From Candidatus Eiseniibacteriota bacterium (GTDB lineage: Bacteria > Eisenbacteria > RBG-16-71-46 > SZUA-252): a stretch of DNA of 10,229 nucleotides. Where the stretch lies: positions 1-10,229 of the forward strand of contig JANMQV010000124.1 of the NCBI GenBank assembly GCA_031370645.1. The letters run 5' to 3'. Shown piece by piece: positions 1 to 6,744 of the stretch (position 1 is its first letter; each line of letters opens with the position of its first letter). Under the pieces are notes generated by a model, which worked only from the letters and a program-made list of their open reading frames with translations, was not told where the DNA came from and searched no databases. The position numbers and the translations under genes were made by a program.

Positions 1-936
1 CACGATTCCGGGATGCTCCATCGTTCCCCAATACCGTGGCGGCACCGCGACATCGAGCTTTCCGTAGGGAATAGCCATTCCGAAGAAATCCTCGAGCAGC
101 CCGACCGCCTTCGAGGTCGATTGGCGGGCGTAGCCGAGGTCGGCCGTGCGGCCGCGGGGAACGATAAAGCGGAGCGGCGTCCCGTGGTGTCCCGCCGTAC
201 CGGCGTTCACGATCTCGAACGGTCCGACCACGAAGGCGACGAGGTAGCTCGGCAGCGGCTTCGTCTCGTTGAACTTCCAGGTCTTGCCGCCACGCTCGAC
301 GGTTACTCCCGCGAGGGGCGCATTGGAGACCGCCACATCTTGGGAGCGCGTGTGAATCGTGACGCGCCATGGCACTTTGAATCCCGGCTCGTCGAAGCAG
401 GGGAATGCACGCCGCGCATCGACGGGCTCGAAGAAGGTGTAGGCGTACCACCTGCCGTCGGGCTCTCGTACTCGGTAGATGCCGCGGCTACGAACCGAGT
501 CGATCGTGCCGGTATACGAAATGCGCAAGGTGGCGGGTCCCGCCTCAACCGCCCGAGAGAAGGCGAACCCAAGGAAGTTCTCGCCACCCACAACGGGCCG
601 CGCCTCGACGTCCACGCCATGGGACGCAATGCTTGCCGACTTCACCTGGAGATCCGTTCCGTGGAGCCAGAGGAAGGAGGTGGTCGCATCGAACGTGAGG
701 TCGATCGCCACCGATCCGCTGAAGGCGCCCTGGGTCGGATCGATGGAGAGATCAACGGCGTACCGCGTGGGTCGGGCACCGGAAGGGAGCCGGAGGGAAG
801 GCACCGCCGGATGAGACGGTTCCCCAGCCGAACAAACGGACGCGACAAGTGAGCCAGCCAGAAAGACCAGAACCGCGAACGGATGTATCGAGCGTGACGC
901 TCGCGGAGAGCCGATTTTGGCGACGACAGAGTCCAT
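1..936 (-). CDS. M1 family (aminopeptidase N-like) zinc aminopeptidase with predicted signal peptide; N-terminal part only, truncated by the window edge
   Basis: Manual minus-strand translation from ATG 936: MDSVVAKIGSPRASRSIHPFAVLVFLAGSLVASVCSA-GEP..LRLPSGARPTRYAVDL..YTFFEPVDARRAFPCFDEPGFKVPW..ETKPLPSYLVAFVVGPF..PYGKLDVAVPPRYWGTMEHPGIV. These are hallmark M1 motifs, including a GxMEN-type exopeptidase motif. GGAGG lies 9 nt upstream of the ATG; there is no stop codon down to base 1. Confidence 0.95.
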   Translation of the reverse strand, partial: MDSVVAKIGSPRASRSIHPFAVLVFLAGSLVASVCSAGEPSHPAVPSLRLPSGARPTRYAVDLSIDPTQGAFSGSVAIDLTFDATTSFLWLHGTDLQVKSASIASHGVDVEARPVVGGENFLGFAFSRAVEAGPATLRISYTGTIDSVRSRGIYRVREPDGRWYAYTFFEPVDARRAFPCFDEPGFKVPWRVTIHTRSQDVAVSNAPLAGVTVERGGKTWKFNETKPLPSYLVAFVVGPFEIVNAGTAGHHGTPLRFIVPRGRTADLGYARQSTSKAVGLLEDFFGMAIPYGKLDVAVPPRYWGTMEHPGIV

Positions 937-962
937 GCGGAGAGGCCTCCCGAGAGTGGAGC

Positions 963-987
963 GGACCGAGCCTGGGAACTCGGCCCC
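963..987 (-). other. GC-rich stem-loop in the probable 5' UTR of the M1 peptidase gene
   Basis: Minus strand reads GGGCCGAGT-TCCCAG-GCTCGGTCC, about 9 bp including G-U pairs. Confidence 0.35.
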
Positions 988-1115
988 CAATCATGCACCC
1001 GTACTGTAGATATACGTAACGCATTTAACCACAATAGATTCCAATTGTTCCCTTGGGTCGCCCAGGTCTAGCGTCCCCAACCCGACGTGTAGAATGGCCT
1101 ATTAATGCTTCAAAA

Positions 1116-1140
1116 GTATGATTATCATACATTCATGAAT
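1116..1140 (+). promoter_or_regulatory. Putative -10 box (TATCAT 1123-1128) within a 7-1-7 palindrome, plus an adjacent 10-bp palindrome over the start codon
   Basis: GTATGAT-T-ATCATAC (1116-1130) is followed by ATTCATGAAT (1131-1140). TATCAT is 6 nt before ATG 1135 and there is no Shine-Dalgarno sequence. Confidence 0.55.
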
Positions 1141-2379
1141 AAATTCGCAGCTCTATCCCCCCTTCCACGTGCGGCGGCAAGCGCGATCGAGCGCGCCATG
1201 CGGACCTCGCCGGTCGTCGTTCTGCTCGGGGCTCGCCAGACCGGGAAGACCACGCTGGTCCGATCTCTGCCCGCGCTGGCGAAACGGCCTTACCTGACAC
1301 TGGACGACTTCGAGCTTCGCACCCAGGCCGAGTCAAATCCAGAGGAGCTGGTGGCACGCGCTCCGCTGCTCGTGCTCGACGAAGTTCAGCGGGCGCGAGA
1401 TCTGCTCATCGCGGTGAAGCGCGCGGTAGACGAGGACCCGAAGCGAACGCCGGGGCGGTTCGTGCTCACAGGCTCAGCGAATCTTCTCCTCATGGAGCGC
1501 GTCGGCGAGACACTCGCGGGGAGGGCGACGTATGTCACCCTCTGGCCCTTCACGCGGCGCGAGCGCCACGGGTTCGGGGACACGGGCGCCTGGAGTGAAC
1601 TCCTTGCGTCCGAATCCAAGAGTTGGACTCGAATCCTTGCCGCGCATGGGAGCCATGAGGAGTCGTGGCACGTCGCGGCGCGGTTGGGTGGCCTGCCGGT
1701 CCCGTCCCACCAACTTCATGCGGAGGATGCGCGCGCGGATTGGCATACGGGATACATTCAAACCTACCTCGAGCGTGACCTGCAAACGCTACGAGCCGTG
1801 GAGAATCTCTCGGAATTTCGCCGATTCATGCGAGCCGCGTGCCTACGGATCGGAGGGCTCCTGAACCAAACCGACCTGGCACGCGATGTTGGGATCTCGC
1901 AGCCCCAAGCCCACCGGTACCTGAATCTGTTGGAGGTCAGCTACCAGGCGATCCGGCTTCCGGCCTTCTCGGTGAATCGCACCCGTCGCCTGATCAAGGC
2001 GCCAAAGCTCTACTGGAGCGACACCGCGCTTGCGCTTCATGTCGCGGGGGAGAGTGAGCCCCGCGGAGCACATCTCGAGAACCTGGTGCTCATGGACCTT
2101 CTCGCTTGGCGGGACATCCAAGCGCGCCGTCCCGAGATTCTCTATTGGAGGACAGCGACCGGCCAGGAAGTGGATTTCGTCATCGAGACGCCGAAGCGGC
2201 TACTCCCCATCGAAGTGAAGGCGTCGGCGCGGGTGTCGCCGGCGGATGCCAAGGGGCTCGAGGCGTTCTTGGAAGACTATTCGGACCTGTGCGACGGCGG
2301 ACTGCTGTTGTACGGCGGCACGGAGACCTACCAACTCACGCGGCGGGTACTGGCCGCGCCGTGGTGGGGAGTCTGCTGA
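1135..2379 (+). CDS. AAA_14-type ATP-binding protein with C-terminal DUF4143 (PD-(D/E)xK-like) domain
   Basis: Walker A GARQTGKTT (1228-1254), Walker B LLVLDEVQ, GRFVLTGSA, LAGR, GGLP, YLERD, LIKAPKLYWSDT, LENLV and C-terminal YWRTATGQEVDFVIE..PIEVK. Start 1135 is preferred over 1105 because of the -10 spacing. Confidence 0.92.
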   Translation: MNKFAALSPLPRAAASAIERAMRTSPVVVLLGARQTGKTTLVRSLPALAKRPYLTLDDFELRTQAESNPEELVARAPLLVLDEVQRARDLLIAVKRAVDEDPKRTPGRFVLTGSANLLLMERVGETLAGRATYVTLWPFTRRERHGFGDTGAWSELLASESKSWTRILAAHGSHEESWHVAARLGGLPVPSHQLHAEDARADWHTGYIQTYLERDLQTLRAVENLSEFRRFMRAACLRIGGLLNQTDLARDVGISQPQAHRYLNLLEVSYQAIRLPAFSVNRTRRLIKAPKLYWSDTALALHVAGESEPRGAHLENLVLMDLLAWRDIQARRPEILYWRTATGQEVDFVIETPKRLLPIEVKASARVSPADAKGLEAFLEDYSDLCDGGLLLYGGTETYQLTRRVLAAPWWGVC

Positions 2380-2409
2380 GGCCTGCTCGCGCTCCGGGTC
2401 TTGGCAGCC

Positions 2410-2466
2410 TGGCGCGAGAACTGTCGCGAGTTTGTCGCAAGCCTTGTCGTGAGTTTGTCGCAAGTT
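2410..2466. repeat. Tandem 11/12-bp periodic repeat (TGTCGYRAG core) between the convergent AAA and Fic genes
   Basis: TGTCGCGAGTT (2422-2432), TGTCGCAAGCCT (2433-2444), TGTCGTGAGTT (2445-2455), TGTCGCAAGTT (2456-2466), plus a degenerate TGGCGCGAGAAC (2410-2421). Confidence 0.85.
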
Positions 2467-3512
2467 CACGTAACCGACTTGCCCACAATATATTCCAGGC
2501 TGTTGGTTTGACCCTTCGAGGCCAGCAGGCCTTTCTCGATCATAGCCTGGAGATCACGCTGCAGCGTCCTCCGGTTCACCCCTGGGGAGAGCGCCTCAAA
2601 CTCCTGGATCGTGAGCCGCCCCTCGTCGAGCACGTGGCCGAGCGCAAGCGCCTGCCGGTCCGAGAGGCTGTGCTGACGGGCGAGGACATCCCGACGGATG
2701 GCGCGCTCGCCCCGCACCTTCACTTCGTCCAACTGGGTCGCGAGCCCAAGCGTGAAAAACTCGAGCCACCCGGACAGGTCCATGTCTCGTTCGCGCACAC
2801 TCTGGATGGCTCGGTAAAACGCGGATCGATCGCGGTCGTAGTACTCGCTGATCGTGAACAGCCGCTTGAAATCGTAGCCCGCGCGATAGAGGCACAACGT
2901 CGATAGAAGACGGGAGGCTCGGCCGTTGCCATCCAGGAAGGGGTGGATGTGGACGAGCTGGAATTGTGCCGCGCCACTCGCCAGCACGGGGTGGACGTCT
3001 CCTGGCGCGTTCAGCCATTCGACTAGCTCGCGCATGAGGATGGGGACGTCATGGGCCGGCGGCGGCGTGTAGACCACCTCACCGGAGGACGAGTTCACCA
3101 CGTAGTTCTGAACGTGGCGGTACTCGCCCGGTGCGGCCGAGCCTCCGCGCACCCCTCCCACGAGGTGCTTGTGAATCTCGCGGACGAGGCCTTCGGTGAT
3201 CGGGCCACCATGGCCGAGATAGGTGGAGACGAATTCAAACGCCCCGCGATAGTTCAGAAGCTCGCGGACGTCGTCGGGGTCGGCGTCGGGGACCGCCTCG
3301 CCGGCGAGCAGGCGTTCTGACTGCTCGAGCGTGAGCCGCGTACCCTCGATGTGCGTCGTGTGGTGGGCTTCGAGCACCAGAGCGCGCTCGCCCATCCGCC
3401 GGATCCAGTCCTCGGACAGCTTGGCCGCCTCGAGAAACCCGCGTGCCCGCTCTATGCGCGTGAGCGCTGCGGTAATCGGATTCGTGACCGTGAAGCGCGG
3501 CGCGAAGCTCAT
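2466..3512 (-). CDS. fic: Fic family protein (putative AMPylase) with N-terminal inhibitory motif and C-terminal winged HTH
   Basis: Canonical Fic motif [12 protein letters not shown] (2910-2945), inhibitory (S/T)xxxE(G/N) motif TTHIEG, C-terminal [30 protein letters not shown] wHTH. Start MSFAPRF at 3512 lies 6 nt after TATCCT. Confidence 0.95.
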   Translation of the reverse strand: MSFAPRFTVTNPITAALTRIERARGFLEAAKLSEDWIRRMGERALVLEAHHTTHIEGTRLTLEQSERLLAGEAVPDADPDDVRELLNYRGAFEFVSTYLGHGGPITEGLVREIHKHLVGGVRGGSAAPGEYRHVQNYVVNSSSGEVVYTPPPAHDVPILMRELVEWLNAPGDVHPVLASGAAQFQLVHIHPFLDGNGRASRLLSTLCLYRAGYDFKRLFTISEYYDRDRSAFYRAIQSVRERDMDLSGWLEFFTLGLATQLDEVKVRGERAIRRDVLARQHSLSDRQALALGHVLDEGRLTIQEFEALSPGVNRRTLQRDLQAMIEKGLLASKGQTNSLEYIVGKSVT

Positions 3513-3524
3513 GCGAGCAGGATA
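3513..3524 (-). promoter_or_regulatory. Putative -10 element for a leaderless fic transcript
   Basis: Minus strand reads TATCCT-GCTCGC-ATG; no SD present. Confidence 0.5.
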
Positions 3525-3563
3525 CCGCGTAGGGCACCGCCGACGCATCCCATTCGGACGCTC

Positions 3564-4610
3564 CTAGAACTTCCCCCCATCCACGTCGCGAATGAACCGA
3601 ATGACCCCCTCGAAGTACGTCTTCTGATCGTCGTACATCGCGAGGTGAGCCCCGTTCGCACAGTAGAGAAACCGTCCGCGCTTCACCATCCCCGCCATCT
3701 TCTTCATCACTTCCGGATCCATCGTGTCGTACTTCGCGCCGATCGTGAGCGTTGGGACGGTGATCTTCCCGAGATCGGCCATGCGATCCCAATTCGCCAA
3801 TTTCCCGCTCGCGCCCAATTCACTCGGCCCCTGCATCGGGACGTAGACCTTCGGGTTCACGTGCTTGAAGGCGCGTTTGACGGGATCGGGCCAATCGGCC
3901 GCGGGAATCCGGAGGAAGTGCTTCTCGTAGTGATTCGGAATCAGCAGTTCCATGTAGCGCGGATTCTCGGTGTCGCCCGCCGCTTCCAACTTCTTGATCT
4001 CCGCCAGCACCGCCGGATCCATCTGGGGGAAGATCACGTTCGTGGCGTATTCGTTGTAGAGCGGAATGCTCCCCACCATGTTCGAGATGATGAGTCCCTT
4101 CAGATTCTGCTGATACTTGAGCGCGTACTCGATGGCGAGGATGCCGCCCCACGATTGACCGAGGAGGTAGAAGTTATCGGGCCCGAGCCCAAGCGCCTTC
4201 CGGACCGTTTCGACTTCCTCGACGAAGCGCGGCGTCTCCCAAAGATCCGGTTCATCCGGCTGGTCGCTGTAGAACGATCCGAGTTGATCGTAGTAGTAGT
4301 ACTCGATCCCCGCGCCGGGGAAGTAACTGTCGAACGCTTCCAAATATTCGTGCGGGAAACCAGGCCCGCCGTGGAGGAGGAGTACCTTGATCTTCGGATT
4401 GTTGCCGATGCGTTTGGTCCAGACGTGGAAGGTGCCCTTGGTGGTCACAATAGGGATCATCTTCACGCCGCCGGAGAGCAGGTCGTCCCGACCAGAGTAG
4501 TCGAGGTAGTTCGGAGGGATCGACCCTCCGGAAGCGGCGTAAGTTGTTGCGGCGGTGAGTACTAACGACACAGTAACGAGCACCCCAACGGTAAGACCAG
4601 AAAATCTCAA
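3564..4610 (-). CDS. pip: Proline iminopeptidase (S33, alpha/beta hydrolase) with predicted signal peptide
   Basis: LLLHGGPG, YYYDQLGS, nucleophile elbow GQSWGG, acid GAKYDTM and His NGAHLAMYD. AGGAGGAGG directly precedes TTG 4610, giving MRFSGLTVGVLVTVSLVLTAATTYA (signal-peptide-like). Alternative GTG start at 4661. Confidence 0.9.
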   Translation of the reverse strand: MRFSGLTVGVLVTVSLVLTAATTYAASGGSIPPNYLDYSGRDDLLSGGVKMIPIVTTKGTFHVWTKRIGNNPKIKVLLLHGGPGFPHEYLEAFDSYFPGAGIEYYYYDQLGSFYSDQPDEPDLWETPRFVEEVETVRKALGLGPDNFYLLGQSWGGILAIEYALKYQQNLKGLIISNMVGSIPLYNEYATNVIFPQMDPAVLAEIKKLEAAGDTENPRYMELLIPNHYEKHFLRIPAADWPDPVKRAFKHVNPKVYVPMQGPSELGASGKLANWDRMADLGKITVPTLTIGAKYDTMDPEVMKKMAGMVKRGRFLYCANGAHLAMYDDQKTYFEGVIRFIRDVDGGKF

Positions 4611-4699
4611 GCCTCCTCCTCGAGTGGAAACCTTCAAGAATCCCAGAACTCCAATCAGCACACTAGCTAAACACCCTACAACATTTCTCTAGGATGCGT

Positions 4700-4705
4700 T
4701 ATAAT
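4700..4705 (+). promoter_or_regulatory. Putative -10 box for the DUF4114 gene
   Basis: Perfect TATAAT in an AT-rich divergent intergenic region, 60 nt upstream of ATG 4766; no convincing -35. Confidence 0.45.
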
Positions 4706-4765
4706 GGCGCCCTCGAGGGGTCACCAGGACCGGGCGGATACCGTTTACCGTCAGGAGAGGTGGCC

Positions 4766-5395
4766 ATGTTGTATCAGTTGCCGAAACCGCGCCGAATTCC
4801 ACGATTGGCCCTAATTGTGGCGGTCGGCTTCGCGGTAGTGGGTCTCGCTTTGTCGCTTCCTGCCTCGGCCCTTCCGAGTCTCTTCGGAGGGAAGCTGTTT
4901 TACGCGGGCGGCGATGTCACGATCGATGTCCTCCACTCCGACACCGCGTACGACGAGGTTCTCCAGCTCCGATCAGCTGTGTCGGTGCTCGACGTCGCCT
5001 ACAGTTCGAAGGTCGGCTCCAAATTCACCTTCACTCAGCAAGAACTCGCCGCGCTGGGAATCGGGTTGGGTGACGAGCTCCAGTTCGGACTCCACGTCCT
5101 CAATACGAATCAGAACTTTCTGATCGGGCCCGGCTCGCGAAACGTCGATGGGCTCGACCATGCCTACGTGCGGGGCGGCCGCTCGAACGTCTTCGTCGCA
5201 TTCGAAGATCTACTCGGCGGCGGTGATCGCGACTATAACGACGTCGTCTTCCGCTTCTCCGGCGTGACGACGAGCTATACACGCCCCGTGCTAACGCGCC
5301 CGGATGCTCGCATCGGCACGGCCTCGGCGCCGACCGGGCTCTTTCTGATGTTGTCGGGGATCGGGCTACTCGCGCTGGCGCACCGCAGGCGGTAG
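4766..5395 (+). CDS. Secreted DUF4114-domain protein with PEP-CTERM-like C-terminal sorting signal
   Basis: AGGAGAGG SD upstream of ATG 4766; signal peptide ..RLALIVAVGFAVVGLALSLPASA; VAFEDLLGGGDRDYNDVVF (DUF4114-type motif); C-terminus ASAPTGLFLMLSGIGLLALAHRRR (Pro motif, TM helix, basic tail). Confidence 0.85.
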   Translation: MLYQLPKPRRIPRLALIVAVGFAVVGLALSLPASALPSLFGGKLFYAGGDVTIDVLHSDTAYDEVLQLRSAVSVLDVAYSSKVGSKFTFTQQELAALGIGLGDELQFGLHVLNTNQNFLIGPGSRNVDGLDHAYVRGGRSNVFVAFEDLLGGGDRDYNDVVFRFSGVTTSYTRPVLTRPDARIGTASAPTGLFLMLSGIGLLALAHRRR

Positions 5396-5567
5396 CACCC
5401 GCGACTCAAGTTTGGTTCGGGCCCATTCGGCGTATCCAGCCGGGCCCGGACCATGAGCGCGCCCCGTGCACAGCTCGCCGCGATCGGAGAGGCTCGAGAC
5501 CCAGTACGTCGCCGGGCCGTCCATCCCCAAAGCGAAGAACCCCTTTCCATAGTAGCGGAGCTGAAAA

Positions 5568-5676
5568 CGACTCGCCCGATTACTAGCGAGATGGCCCTGA
5601 AACGAAAATAGTGAATGGGTACGGCAAGTCCTAAGCGACTCGGAGGTTGCAAGGCCGCCGGTACCCGGGCAGTACG
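5568..5676 (+). ncRNA. Candidate structured RNA element, unassigned
   Basis: Nested complementary segments: ACT-C-GCCC/GGGC-AGT, TTACTA/TAGTGA, GGGTACGGC/GCC-G-GTACCC, and CCTAA-GCGACT-CGGA-GGTTGC-AAGG. Lies in a non-coding convergent gap. Confidence 0.3.
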
Positions 5677-5751
5677 CCGCGGTCCTCTGGAGGGCAGGCG
5701 CCTGGGGGAGTAGGTCGATCTTCGGCGCCTCGTCGGAGGTTGCAAGGCCGC
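5640..5751. repeat. Perfect 19-bp direct repeat, two copies 93 bp apart
   Basis: TCGGAGGTTGCAAGGCCGC at 5640-5658 and 5733-5751. Confidence 0.9.
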
Positions 5752-5756
5752 GCGGG

Positions 5757-6608
5757 CTAGAGTTCGGAATACCGCGCCACGATCACCGTGACGTTGTCCG
5801 GCGCCCCGCGCTCGATCGCCAGGGCCAACAGCGAGTCGCACGCGTCGTCGCATGAGGGCGCGCTTCGGAGAATCTCGGCGATCTCCTCGTCGCGCACGAG
5901 TCCGGTCAATCCATCGGTGCAGATCACGACCGCGTCACCCAGCTTCAACATCACGTGATGTAAGTCGCTCCCCGCCGCCGCGCCGCCACCTCCCATTACG
6001 CTCGTTAGAAAGTGCCGCTGTGGATGCGTCGCCACCTCCTCCTGGGAGATGGCGCCGTGATCCGCGAGATGCTGTGCGAGCGTGTGGTCGCGCGTGATGT
6101 GGCGCAGGGTGCCGTCGCGATAGAGGTAGGCGCGCGAGTCGCCGACGTGCGCCACGAAGAGATCGAGCCCGACGCTGTAGGCCACCGTGAGTGTGGTGCC
6201 CATGCCCGCGACTTTGGGGTCTGCCGCGGCATGCTTCATCAGGGCTGCGTGCACTCCCGCGATGTAGCCCTTTGTGCGCTCGAAGTACTCGCGGATCTCG
6301 GAGTCGCGTGTGGCGGGATTGTCGAGACTGAGGAGCCACTTCGGGGAGCGGAGGATGAGGCGGAAGGCTTCGATGAGTGCTTCGCGGCTTGCGACTTCGC
6401 CGGCGGCGGCACCACCCATGCCGTCGGCGACGGCCATGATGTGGCCGGCCACGTCGAAGTGGGATTCGAGTTCTTCCTCGGGGATGCTGCTCTGGACGCG
6501 CTCGAGAAATCGGCCGGTGCGAAAGACGAGATAGGCGTCTTCGTTGGCTTCGCGTTTTAGCCCGCGGTCGGTCCGGGCGGAGACTTCCACGTGGATGGGC
6601 TGGAGCAT
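5757..6608 (-). CDS. PP2C-family (PPM, Stp1-like) Ser/Thr protein phosphatase
   Basis: SARTDRGLKREANEDAY, AVADGMGGAAAGEVAS, GMGTTLT, AHVGDSRAY, ITRDHT, ICTDGLT, GAPDNVTVIV. Start MLQPIHV at 6608 lies 6 nt after TACCCT. Confidence 0.95.
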   Translation of the reverse strand: MLQPIHVEVSARTDRGLKREANEDAYLVFRTGRFLERVQSSIPEEELESHFDVAGHIMAVADGMGGAAAGEVASREALIEAFRLILRSPKWLLSLDNPATRDSEIREYFERTKGYIAGVHAALMKHAAADPKVAGMGTTLTVAYSVGLDLFVAHVGDSRAYLYRDGTLRHITRDHTLAQHLADHGAISQEEVATHPQRHFLTSVMGGGGAAAGSDLHHVMLKLGDAVVICTDGLTGLVRDEEIAEILRSAPSCDDACDSLLALAIERGAPDNVTVIVARYSEL

Positions 6609-6655
6609 GGAGGGAGGGTAGCGCAATTTCCCCGCACGGTCCTATCGACTATACT
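6609..6655. promoter_or_regulatory. Divergent promoter region: minus-strand -10 TACCCT (6620-6615) for PP2C and plus-strand -10 TATACT (6650-6655) for the cupin gene
   Basis: Minus strand TACCCT-CCCTCC-ATG; plus strand TTTCCC-N17-TATACT. Confidence 0.5.
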
Positions 6656-6744
6656 CCCGGCGTGGCGCGGTCCTCGGGCGACGGACCGGTGGCTGGTTGT
6701 GCAGCAGCACTCGCTCGGCAGTGAACGCAAACAGGGAGAGTCAA

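Noticed and set aside
150..165. Possible frameshift in the M1 gene at a G/C run
   Set aside because: Recount shows GGGG, so the minus frame reads VPRGRTADLG continuously to GTMEHPG.
13..852. 279-aa plus-strand ORF
   Set aside because: Exact antisense shadow of the M1 aminopeptidase; no recognisable motifs.
2106..2906. 266-aa plus-strand ORF
   Set aside because: Overlaps the AAA gene out of frame and fic in antisense; no motifs.
2382..3521. 9-bp inverted repeat CCTGCTCGC / GCGAGCAGG flanking fic as possible element ends
   Set aside because: Short and GC-rich, the same 9-mer also occurs inside fic (3304-3312), and there is no transposase or target duplication.
3351..4565. 404-aa plus-strand ORF
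   Set aside because: Antisense shadow of pip and fic, expected in GC-rich DNA.
5560..5700. c-di-GMP-I/II riboswitch or hammerhead assignment for the intergenic structure
   Set aside because: Lacks the GGCAAA..GACGCAAAGC core, the GUAGUGCAACC context and CUGAUGA; no downstream gene on that strand.
5640..5751. Mini-CRISPR interpretation of the 19-bp repeat
   Set aside because: Only two copies, repeat too short, spacer 74 bp, no cas genes.
5275..5853. 192-aa minus-strand ORF across the intergenic region
   Set aside because: Arg/Pro-rich, overlaps two real genes, no SD or domain.
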